A stretch of DNA of 64,000 nucleotides. Origin: a virus. The stretch is taken from the IMG/VR virus record IMGVR_UViG_3300014913_000009, positions 1 to 64,000 of that record; one strand, written 5' to 3'. Below the pieces are notes generated by a model. That model was not told the DNA's origin. It saw only the letters and a program-made list of their open reading frames with translations, and searched no databases. Shown one piece after another: positions 9,204 to 17,508 of the stretch. The translations under genes and the position numbers were made by a program. The number at the start of each line of letters is the position of its first letter. The first letter of the stretch is position 1.

Positions 9204-9659
9204 TTAAAATCCTTTCTTAAATTTGTATAAATACACATCTGATTTGCAGATGTTTTTAATTAAACTCATAATTTTATCGACTTCTCCGCCTCCAAGCCCA
9301 CAGCCTATCAGATATGGCATATGGAGAGTTTCTTCTCTCTCTTGGGCAAACTGGTCGACTTTTTCTAAACATACTGCTAAGTCTGCGTATGACACTCTCT
9401 GTCGATTTGTCCCTATGCCATCTTGTGCACACATATTGCACACATAGATCTCTGTGTCTACTTGAATTATTCGGATTTTTCCGAGTTCTTGTTTATTATC
9501 CCGAAAGACTTTTTCAGGAAAAGACCATTTTCGAGAAAGTGCTAACACAAATCCGGCACCCCATTTATTCACATTGTTCACAATATGGCATATGATGGCC
9601 GGTTTTTGAATTGGCGAAGTGACATCGCCTTTTATGATTTTGATCATTATTTTCTCCAT
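9204..9659 (-). CDS. Macro domain (ADP-ribose processing) protein
   Basis: IKGDVT, ICHIVN..NKWGAGF and MPYLIGCGLGGG motifs. Confidence 0.88.
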   Translation of the reverse strand: MEKIMIKIIKGDVTSPIQKPAIICHIVNNVNKWGAGFVLALSRKWSFPEKVFRDNKQELGKIRIIQVDTEIYVCNMCAQDGIGTNRQRVSYADLAVCLEKVDQFAQEREETLHMPYLIGCGLGGGEVDKIMSLIKNICKSDVYLYKFKKGF

Positions 9660-9716
9660 TTATTTTGCCAATAATCCCGAGAATAGAAATCGGGGATTAT
9701 TGACATTGACGATTGT

Positions 9717-9953
9717 TCAATCTGGATACAGAAGTTCTCTAACTTCCTCTACGATTCTTTCATATTCACGAGGAATTCTCTCGTTGCAATATGATTCCGT
9801 TGGCTCTCCATCAAGTGCGATCTTGACGGAGGTAATGAATACTCCGCTTTGTAGATGATTTGCAAAGCGGATTGTGATAGAGTTCGCTCCATCACATACT
9901 GTCATTTCTCTTATGGCGGAAGAAATATCTTCCTGTTTTAATCTTTTAAACAT
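9717..9953 (-). CDS. Hypothetical protein
   Basis: 78-aa ORF with SD AAGGAG. Confidence 0.65.
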   Translation of the reverse strand: MFKRLKQEDISSAIREMTVCDGANSITIRFANHLQSGVFITSVKIALDGEPTESYCNERIPREYERIVEEVRELLYPD

Positions 9954-9983
9954 AATAAACTCTCCTTGAAAAGTGTTGAAATT

Positions 9984-10427
9984 TTACTTAAACTTTAACT
10001 GACGTTTGAGTTTTCGTAAATTTAGATTTACGATGCAAGAAATTCCCTGTTTGGAAACTCCTAACAAATCCCCTATTCGTTGATGGGAATATTCTTTGCA
10101 ACCAAATAAACCAAATTTCATAATTAATATTGCCCTATCACGCATTTTCATTTGCGCTAATAATTGGCGAAATATTTTATTAAGATGGTTTACATATTCA
10201 TTCATAAATACTTGGGATTTTAAGTGTTTATAATATAATTCGGCTGTTAGAATATCGACTTTCTCATGTCGACACTCTACACATATGTCTTGCTTTTCAT
10301 ATCCTTGCATATGATTACAATCCCATTTTTTTATTTTTATCGGCGTATAATGTACACGTCGGTAGAAATCTGTAGTATGGTTAGATTGCCCGCATTGCGG
10401 GCAATCTATAAACTTGAATTTTGACAT
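9984..10427 (-). CDS. Zn-finger plus sigma-70 region-4-like HTH protein
   Basis: N-terminal CPQC...CVEC; C-terminal RDRAILIMKFGL...YSHQRIGDLLGVSKQGIS...LRKLK resembles sigma region 4. Confidence 0.75.
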   Translation of the reverse strand: MSKFKFIDCPQCGQSNHTTDFYRRVHYTPIKIKKWDCNHMQGYEKQDICVECRHEKVDILTAELYYKHLKSQVFMNEYVNHLNKIFRQLLAQMKMRDRAILIMKFGLFGCKEYSHQRIGDLLGVSKQGISCIVNLNLRKLKRQLKFK

Positions 10428-10702
10428 TATTTTGAGTTCTCTCTTTCTAATATTTTATTGATACTGGCTCCAGTATCCATTAATTCTTTTAATGTAATTC
10501 TCTTCTGATGATGGATCCCATCACTTCCAAGAATGCAGGATAGATCGGGTAGAGAAAATTCATAAGGTTCACATTCAAGGCTTACCTTTAGAACTTCATT
10601 TTCAATATTCACTTTGACATCTATATCAAAGTGAACTTTCTCTCGATCCATTAATGCTATTGCGAGCAAACTTGCAATAGCATCATGTGTTTTTGTTGTC
10701 AT
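10427..10702 (-). CDS. Hypothetical protein
   Basis: Coupled ORF in operon. Confidence 0.65.
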   Translation of the reverse strand: MTTKTHDAIASLLAIALMDREKVHFDIDVKVNIENEVLKVSLECEPYEFSLPDLSCILGSDGIHHQKRITLKELMDTGASINKILERENSK

Positions 10703-11012
10703 CTTCCTTCTCTTTCTCTATAACAGAACGCAATTCTTTTAATGCTGGCGAATTGCTATACCATCTTTCAATCCGGATACTAAACAATAATCCGGCGAAT
10801 ATACCTATGGGACCACCCTGAATGACACCCATTACTGCAGATGCTCCGAAAGCGGCACCTCCAGTAAGAATGATATCAATAATAAGCATCACTCCGCATA
10901 TTACTGATGGCCATATCATTTTATTTGACATGGCACTTGCCATTCTATCGAATCGCGTCATTAGTGCCCATAACGACACTAATGACAATACTACTAACGC
11001 AATGGTAAACAT
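10683..11012 (-). CDS. Membrane hypothetical protein
   Basis: About three hydrophobic helices; SD AAGGAG. Confidence 0.65.
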   Translation of the reverse strand: MFTIALVVLSLVSLWALMTRFDRMASAMSNKMIWPSVICGVMLIIDIILTGGAAFGASAVMGVIQGGPIGIFAGLLFSIRIERWYSNSPALKELRSVIEKEKEDDNKNT

Positions 11013-11026
11013 AACGAATCTCCTTG

Positions 11027-11500
11027 TTAGAGTTCTGATCGTGCAGATACGGCCATTTTATCGACCATATCATTGAATTGAGCATCTATATGGATGCTCC
11101 CAGTATGACTGCGAATATGTTCAGTGTCAAATTTAACTCTTTGACATAAATCGAGAATGATTTTAATCAAATCGATATTTTTCGCCTTTTTTCCAGACGA
11201 TAGTCTCCAGTTTTTCTCGCGCCATTTCGCGCCATTTTTTATGACCTTGATAGCATATTGGCTATCAGTGACAAGTAATGGTGAGATATTCCGCGAATCA
11301 CAATATTTCAAACCAGAAATGATAGCATATAATTCTGCACGTTGGGATGTGCAGTTTTCTACTGAGAACGAAAAGTTACGAACCTTTCGATTATATTTTG
11401 TGACGACATATGCCATTCCGCCACATTTACTTTTAGGACTGTAACTTCCATCAGTATATAACTTATACTGATAGTCTACTGCATCAGATATCTTTGTCAT
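11027..11500 (-). CDS. rnhA: Ribonuclease HI
   Basis: LYTDGS, TSQRAELYA, VTDSQY, KNIDL, HIRSH and NDMVDKMA motifs. Confidence 0.93.
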   Translation of the reverse strand: MTKISDAVDYQYKLYTDGSYSPKSKCGGMAYVVTKYNRKVRNFSFSVENCTSQRAELYAIISGLKYCDSRNISPLLVTDSQYAIKVIKNGAKWREKNWRLSSGKKAKNIDLIKIILDLCQRVKFDTEHIRSHTGSIHIDAQFNDMVDKMAVSARSEL

Positions 11501-11538
11501 AATAATTTTCCTTTCAAGAGATAGTATGATGTGAATAA

Positions 11539-11553
11539 TGATATATTATATCA
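11539..11553 (-). promoter_or_regulatory. Palindromic extended -10 element (TGATATAAT)
   Basis: TGATATAATATATCA palindrome; also at 13790-13804 and 14041-14061, each just upstream of a minus-strand gene. Confidence 0.55.
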
Positions 11554-11686
11554 AAACAAATGATATAATAAATGATATACAAATGATATAAAACAACGAA
11601 TAATATATATAAATGATATATATCATAAATCCCACCATTGTACAAAAGTGATATGTGTATATGTAAATAATATACAATTCATATTG

Positions 11687-11962
11687 TTATGACTGATTAA
11701 AGAAGAATGCTGGAATATATGTAAATAAATACATATTATAATCTTTTTCTATAACAAACTTTGAAATGAGTTTGGTAGAAAGCCAAACATTCCCGTTTTT
11801 CGTAACAATTTTGCATGAATCATTTTCGACAAATATTTCATTTAAATGGAATATTGTCATTTTTACATCAGGAACAAGCAAGCAAGCCTCAACAACTTCA
11901 GGATCAGTAAAATCATTTGGCAATCCTTCGCCAAATTTAAGGTTAGTATAAAAGAATTTCAT
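11687..11962 (-). CDS. Hypothetical protein
   Basis: 91-aa ORF with SD GGAGG. Confidence 0.65.
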   Translation of the reverse strand: MKFFYTNLKFGEGLPNDFTDPEVVEACLLVPDVKMTIFHLNEIFVENDSCKIVTKNGNVWLSTKLISKFVIEKDYNMYLFTYIPAFFFNQS

Positions 11963-12260
11963 AGTAAAATTTCCTCCAAGAAAAAGGTAAGCAAAAGAGC
12001 GGATAATACTAAATAAATCCGCGAATAATTATTTTTAAGACTGAAAGCTACTTTTCATATATATCAAATAAGTAATGTATAATACACCCAAATCGGCAAA
12101 ATATTAATTAAGTGAAGAGGTATGTATGTATATAGAAACAAATATATCAAGACAGATATGAATAAGATAAAAGATAAGCCAAATAGAGATATTTAGAAGC
12201 ATTCAAAGAATACATCTAAAAACCACTCAGAAACCAACAGAAGCAATCAAAGATATAAAT

Positions 12261-12321
12261 ATATAACATAAATTACACCGAGATATAACATGAATTACAC
12301 CGAGATATAACATAAATTACA
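12261..12321. repeat. 22-bp tandem repeat, about 2.8 copies (iteron-like)
   Basis: ATATAACAT(A/G)AATTACACCGAG units. Confidence 0.75.
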
Positions 12322-12987
12322 AAAACCACACTGTTATTCCAGCCGTCTCGTGCCGTCTCGTGCCGTTTAACGCCATTCTAACAGTATTTCGACATATTAC
12401 TAATATCTCTTGATAGCATTCCTATCACGTTCCATATAACTCTTTATATATGCCATATACAGTATGCCATATAGGTATGTTATATGTAATATTGTGTAAT
12501 GTGATAGCCAGCAATATTAGCACATATATTTAATATTTCGCCGAAAAAAGTCATAAGTCCAATTTGTACACCTAAAATGGCTCTTTTTGCAAATGTCCTT
12601 AAAATTCGTAGTAAACCCCTGACGGGGAATACTACTTATGACATATTTTTATTTTTGAAAAGTCATTTTTTTCTCAGGGTTGTACGAAAAAAGTCCATTA
12701 GACACTTATGACTTTTTTTACGTCTTTTTTGCCACTCTAAACTGCCCCTATTTGGCGAATAGAGGCATTCTACGTTGCAAAAATTGCCCAAAATAGGCTA
12801 TTTTTGTAATTTATGATTTATATAGATTATTGAGCACCATACAAACTCTGTCAACTCTACCAAAATCGGCATATTATTATGTGTATTTCTACTACTGATT
12901 GCCAATCATATCACCTCTATAAATATATGTTTTTTCTCACTTTTTCAAATCGGCATATATTTTATTGATTGGATATTTCTCTTTGAT

Positions 12988-13279
12988 GCGCTCGCTTCGC
13001 TCGCGCCCAATAATAATGGTGATTTACCATATATGTTGACATGTAAAGTCCCATCAGACTGCCTCTACACGGCAAATAAATTCTCCTCAAAACACCTTTT
13101 TATGTGATAAATGACACATAAGGCCAAAATGCTCTTTTGGGTAGATATTTCTCTTAAGTGCGCTCGCTTCGCTCGCGCTTATAATGGGAGTATTATTCTT
13201 GATGATTGCGCTCGCTCCGCTCGCGCTGATATATGACAATCAAGTGTTCTTCTTGATGATACGCTCGCTCCGCTCGCGC
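12988..13279. repeat. Four dispersed GCGCTCGCT(T/C)CGCTCGCGC repeats
   Basis: Copies at 12988, 13160, 13208 and 13261 in AT-rich non-coding DNA. Confidence 0.85.
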
Positions 13280-13482
13280 TTATATGGCGTCAGGTTAATC
13301 GCCATATGTTAAGAAGGGGCTGTTATAATAACGATTGGTAATTCGGCTAATTATAAAAATGGCTGATTGCCTATTTGGTTGCTATCCCTTATGATAGGTG
13401 CCGATTGGTATTATGTGCACGTCTCGGGATTCAGGCTATCAATATAAAGTATTAGCCGGGAAATGGTCTGTCGGCGGAGTAG

Positions 13483-13515
13483 AAAAAGCCCCTCCCCATA
13501 ACAGGGGAGGGGCTT
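13483..13515 (-). terminator. Intrinsic terminator
   Basis: AAGCCCCTCCCC/GGGGAGGGGCTT followed by a T run. Confidence 0.8.
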
Positions 13516-13524
13516 GCCAGGGGT

Positions 13525-13731
13525 TCAGGGAGCGTAAGGGCAGTCAGAGGAACATTCCTCTTCGTAGCACTTCGCGCCCTTATAGTGACAATAATTATGT
13601 ACCCAACATGTTGCATCAGCAGCGTTGATGGCTCGGCGAGCGCCACCACGTTGCACTTTACGACCATTTCGACCTTTGTGACACCAATCGTCACTTTTGG
13701 TCGTTGCCGCAATTCGTTCATATGGTTTCAT
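13525..13731 (-). CDS. Small Cys/His-rich hypothetical protein
   Basis: ATG 7 nt after AAGGAG; followed by a terminator. Confidence 0.55.
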   Translation of the reverse strand: MKPYERIAATTKSDDWCHKGRNGRKVQRGGARRAINAADATCWVHNYCHYKGAKCYEEECSSDCPYAP

Positions 13732-13796
13732 AATGATTCTCCTTGTAAAATGATATAAAAATAATACAAACGATATAAAAGTGATATAATGATATA

Positions 13797-14021
13797 TTAT
13801 ATCACTTTCTCTAAATGTTTTGTCGGTTCCGTCAATATCATAAGTTTTATTGACGGAAACAACAATATAAATGACAATGCGTCTACGTTTTCTCTTCGAG
13901 CCTCTTTATCAGAGACGATGAGGTGGATCAGAATAGATCCTATAATCGCAATCGGAAGGACTGCAATAGCATTTACCACCAATATGGCGATAAATACTGT
14001 AAATACGATTTTGTCTTTCAT
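13797..14021 (-). CDS. Small membrane hypothetical protein
   Basis: SD AGGAG; hydrophobic. Confidence 0.6.
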   Translation of the reverse strand: MKDKIVFTVFIAILVVNAIAVLPIAIIGSILIHLIVSDKEARRENVDALSFILLFPSIKLMILTEPTKHLEKVI

Positions 14022-14115
14022 GATAAATTCTCCTGAAAGTAAGTGATATATTATATCACTTGGGTGAATGAATCTCCCACCATGCCGACAAGTGGCATAG
14101 TGGGAGAAAAATACT

Positions 14116-14508
14116 TTATTCTACGGTTTCTGGAGTTTCCTCTGGCTTTTTGCCGAAGAGGTGACTCCAGATCGACAGGATCTTTCCGAAGACCCAATCG
14201 TGGACTCGCTTCTCCGCTTTGGGAGAAACGACGGAGGCTATCAAAATGCATAGTCCTCCAACACACGCTAATCCCGCGATTAGCGAGAGGTTCTTGAACA
14301 GATAGTACGCCAGAAGAACTGGCATGACCACAACAAGTAAAAATCCCACTGCGGGGGATTTCTCACATAATGTGTCAATCTTCTTTCGGGGATTAACAAA
14401 TCCCGCGAAATGACTGACAAACGAGGACTCTAATCCCCGTTTTTTTGCTTTGCCGAGGATTTCGGTGATCTTCTTTCGGGGATTAACAAAATTTTCTGTG
14501 TGTTTCAT
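14116..14508 (-). CDS. Membrane hypothetical protein with duplicated FVNPRKKI motif
   Basis: Probable start ATG 14508; two TM segments; internal 23-bp direct repeat. Confidence 0.55.
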   Translation of the reverse strand: MKHTENFVNPRKKITEILGKAKKRGLESSFVSHFAGFVNPRKKIDTLCEKSPAVGFLLVVVMPVLLAYYLFKNLSLIAGLACVGGLCILIASVVSPKAEKRVHDWVFGKILSIWSHLFGKKPEETPETVE

Positions 14509-14579
14509 ATTTTTCTTCTTTCTGTTTGCAATTTTAGATGAGATTGCAATTAACTCATTGATGATACTCAAAATACTCA

Positions 14580-14774
14580 CTATTTCTTGAGTAATCCGCC
14601 CAAAAGGCAAACTACTCCAATGAGACCAATCCCATTGCTGGCAGTGAACAGTCCCTGTTGGGACATGAACATTGCCATCTCTAACTGACTCAGTCCAACT
14701 GGGATAGCAGACATAGATATGCCTATGGCTGCTACCACAGTTATAATACCTATGACAATTAATACGTATTTCAT
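14580..14774 (-). CDS. Small membrane hypothetical protein
   Basis: ATG 14774 after AGGAG in the repeated leader module. Confidence 0.6.
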   Translation of the reverse strand: MKYVLIVIGIITVVAAIGISMSAIPVGLSQLEMAMFMSQQGLFTASNGIGLIGVVCLLGGLLKK

Positions 14775-14830
14775 AATATTTCTCCTGATATGACAAGCAA
14801 GCATCGCTTGCTTGTCGTTTGAATAAAAAT

Positions 14831-14855
14831 ACAGACAAGAACTGTTCTTGTCTGT
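14831..14855. repeat. 25-bp palindrome ACAGACAAGAAC-W-GTTCTTGTCTGT, copy 1 of 4
   Basis: Also at 15151-15175 (one mismatch), 17420-17444 and 18416-18440. Confidence 0.9.
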
Positions 14856-14908
14856 AAAAAAACCCTTCTACTTGTTAGAGTGGGAGGTAGACCCCATGAT
14901 GGAGGAGG

Positions 14909-15100
14909 TTATTCCTCCATCAAATCCTCTCTGATTGTTTCTACTGTTGTCATCATGTCGGATAATTCCGACACGACGACGGCCGCTGTTTCTGTCGAAG
15001 GATTTATATCCTCCAACAGGAGATGTATTCTTCTCTTTAGTATCTGTAGTCTTCTGCTGACTACAGCCTTTGGTGTTGCCTTTGGTGTTGCCTTTTCCAT
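14909..15100 (-). CDS. Small hypothetical protein
   Basis: SD AGGAG in the repeated leader; KATP repeat. Confidence 0.6.
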   Translation of the reverse strand: MEKATPKATPKAVVSRRLQILKRRIHLLLEDINPSTETAAVVVSELSDMMTTVETIREDLMEE

Positions 15101-15175
15101 GATATTTCTCCTGATATGACAAGCGATGCTTGCCTGTCGGTTGATTGAATATAGACAAGAACTGTTCTTGTCTGT

Positions 15176-15208
15176 AAAAAGTCTCTCCCACTCGTTAGAG
15201 TGGGAGAG
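15176..15208 (-). terminator. Intrinsic terminator-like hairpin
   Basis: CTCTCCCACTC/GAGTGGGAGAG then T5; a related hairpin lies at ~14864-14888. Confidence 0.65.
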
Positions 15209-15209
15209 G

Positions 15210-15500
15210 TGAGGCCTGGCTTTTGGTTATAGCAATTCCCTCTGGCTCCAGATTCACGAGGAGCATCGTGCTACATATATACCCGTTTCTTCCGCGAGAA
15301 ACAAGGGCTCTTACGGCTGCTGATGTAGCACAACCGGCAGCAAAGTTTATACTCGTTTTGCAGAGAGTTGAGTATTAGTTAATAACACTCAAAATCCCCA
15401 CTATTATTAATTGGTGGGAATTTTATTTACTATGTATTCTCCGTGCAGGGGAAGAATACATAGTGGTCGCATTTGTGTGAGAGTATGCGAGAACTCTTGT
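15210..15500 (-). ncRNA. Candidate structured ncRNA with pseudoknots
   Basis: ORF-free; several long stems and a 12-bp loop-to-downstream pairing. Confidence 0.5.
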
Positions 15501-15616
15501 GAAGATTGCTGTGAAGGACTTAGAATGATATGTAGATAGCAATCATCTCCATATATCAAATTACCCACTATTGTACAAAAAAAGCCATCCCACTTGGCAG
15601 AGTGGAGATGGCGAGT

Positions 15617-15788
15617 ACGATCGGGTTCTCTTCCGAGAACTAATTAACGCTTTGCATCGATTTTGCCAAAACGTTCCACGTCATTCCCGCAATGGCGAGT
15701 TTGACGCACCACATGGAATCAAATGTGGATTTTTCCCGAACTTTCTCTGCCCCCTTGGGCCAGGCATTCGGATACCTAATCTGATCGC
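15617..15788 (-). ncRNA. Candidate multibranch ncRNA
   Basis: GCGAUC/GAUCGU encloses five hairpins; a terminator follows (15576-15612). Confidence 0.5.
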
Positions 15789-16075
15789 ATTTTCAACTGC
15801 CTTTGATTTTAACCGTCAGATCTCGGTTACATCTTTGTTTATACTCCTTATGATGTTTCAGAGTTTTGAATAGGCCTTATTCGAAATCCCCACTATTTCG
15901 AAGTGCCGGAAGACGCAATAGGGAGGTCTTCGAGCACCCCGAAGAGAGTCGGGGTGCGAGTCCGCAAGCGAGTCTTCGAGCGAAGCCTTACGGAGTAAGG
16001 CGGAGTTGCAAGCGAGTCTTCGAGCGAAGCTCTTCTCTTCTCTTGTGGGGGGGGTGGCGGAGTAAGGAAGAAAGA

Positions 16076-17119
16076 CTATTCCTCGTCCTCTTCCTCCTCT
16101 TCTTCCTTTTCTATTTTTACGCCCGACTCCAACAGGAACCGGGCGGCCTCCACAAATCCTTCCTCTATTGCTACTCTCATTTCCCACCCGTAATCTCCAG
16201 AATTGAGGTCTATCCAACCCCCTTCTACGAGGGTCTTTATCATGGGCACACTTCCCAGCGCGTACAGCAGCGCTTGACATGGAAGATCGCCACCTTCCTC
16301 CAACATTAACTGAACCAGACGGCAGTGTCCCGCCCTGATGGCACGGAGGACATCCTCCTCGTCAATTAATGATGCACGAGACCTTGATTCGATCAGGGTC
16401 CGTGAGATGCACTCACATCCCATCCTCACGGATGTGGAGAGGTGCTCTGAAGATGCACGCCCTCCGAACTCAAGAGCGAGATGAATCATAGAAACGTTCC
16501 CACTCTCAAGTGCGTCCTCCATGATGTCTCCCTCATAGTCGGGAGTCCTCTCCAACAGCATCCGTGCTGCGAGGACATTCCCCGATCTTACCTCTCTGTT
16601 CACCTCCATGCCCGAAAGTGGGCATTCAAGTGACTCTAGTATCAACCGGAGGCATTCCACCCCCTGCAGGCTGCCTCCTTGACAGTATCTTATCGCCTGC
16701 GCGAGTGAGCTCTTGTTCTTGCCCGCTCCTCGCTTGAGGAGCAGGCGGACGATCTCAGTATGACCATGGAACGAGGCCCATCTCAAAGGACCCCCCTCGT
16801 CGAAGTGTATACAAGCCCCTGCATCAAGGAGCATGCGAACAGCACCCTCCCTGCCCTCCGTAGAGGCACTAACAAGCGCCTCCCCCAGGGTCTCGTTCGA
16901 AAAACAAGACTCTTTTAAAAGCATCATGAGGATGCTTTCCTTTCCACGCCATGCTGCCGTCAAGAATACCGTCTTGACGGCATCTTTCGACACCCCTCTT
17001 GCGAGGATAGTCTTTACGACAGATTCTCGTCCGCCGTATGAGGCCTTGATAAGGCCTCCTTCCAACACCCTCGTGGGGATGTTGTTTGCCATCAACTCAA
17101 GTGTGAGTCGACGATCCAT
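16076..17119 (-). CDS. Ankyrin-repeat protein (N-terminal domain apparently frameshifted off)
   Basis: Repeats such as PLRWASFHGHTEIVRLLLKRGA; acidic tail. Confidence 0.85.
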   Translation of the reverse strand: MDRRLTLELMANNIPTRVLEGGLIKASYGGRESVVKTILARGVSKDAVKTVFLTAAWRGKESILMMLLKESCFSNETLGEALVSASTEGREGAVRMLLDAGACIHFDEGGPLRWASFHGHTEIVRLLLKRGAGKNKSSLAQAIRYCQGGSLQGVECLRLILESLECPLSGMEVNREVRSGNVLAARMLLERTPDYEGDIMEDALESGNVSMIHLALEFGGRASSEHLSTSVRMGCECISRTLIESRSRASLIDEEDVLRAIRAGHCRLVQLMLEEGGDLPCQALLYALGSVPMIKTLVEGGWIDLNSGDYGWEMRVAIEEGFVEAARFLLESGVKIEKEEEEEEDEE

Positions 17120-17129
17120 TCCTGAGACC

Positions 17130-17327
17130 TCACGAATGAGGTCCCAGTGGGAGTTCTCTCTCGCAAGAGTCTCCCCCCATCTTCTTGGGGGGGGAGATAT
17201 GAGGTTTTACATCAAGGAATTCCCTGATGGAACATCCATCAGGGAATATATCGTTGAATGTTTCTGTCGATTCTTCCGAGAGATCGACAGAATGCATGTT
17301 CTTAAAATATCCTTTTGTGATCTTCAT
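17130..17327 (-). pseudogene. N-terminal fragment of the ankyrin gene, split at a C8 tract
   Basis: MKIT...FPDGCSIREFL matches the N-terminus of paralog 17509-18312; removing one base restores the frame into 16076-17119. Confidence 0.6.
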
Positions 17328-17366
17328 AACATTTTCTCCTGTAATATGACAAAGCAAGCATCGCTT

Positions 17367-17410
17367 GCTTGTCGGTTGCTTGTCGGTTGCTTGTCGGTTG
17401 CTTGTCGGTT
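17367..17410. repeat. 11-bp tandem repeat x4
   Basis: GCTTGTCGGTT x4. Confidence 0.9.
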
Positions 17411-17415
17411 GAACA

Positions 17416-17508
17416 AAATACAGACAAGAACAGTTCTTGTCTGTCATACTCTCTATTGGGGTGATTTCGTCCATACGGAGAAATCCCCACATGGTGTCTC
17501 TTTACATC
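17416..17508. repeat. 93-bp perfect direct repeat, copy 1
   Basis: Identical to 18412-18504. Confidence 0.95.

Noticed and set aside
15210-15380. tmRNA or HDV-like ribozyme
   Set aside because: No tRNA-like acceptor/T arm or tag ORF; CUCCUCG is present but I could not build the nested P1-P4 fold
15617-15700. Group II intron remnant (ends ...ACCCGAU)
   Set aside because: No domain V catalytic triad or bulge, and no GUGYG 5' end
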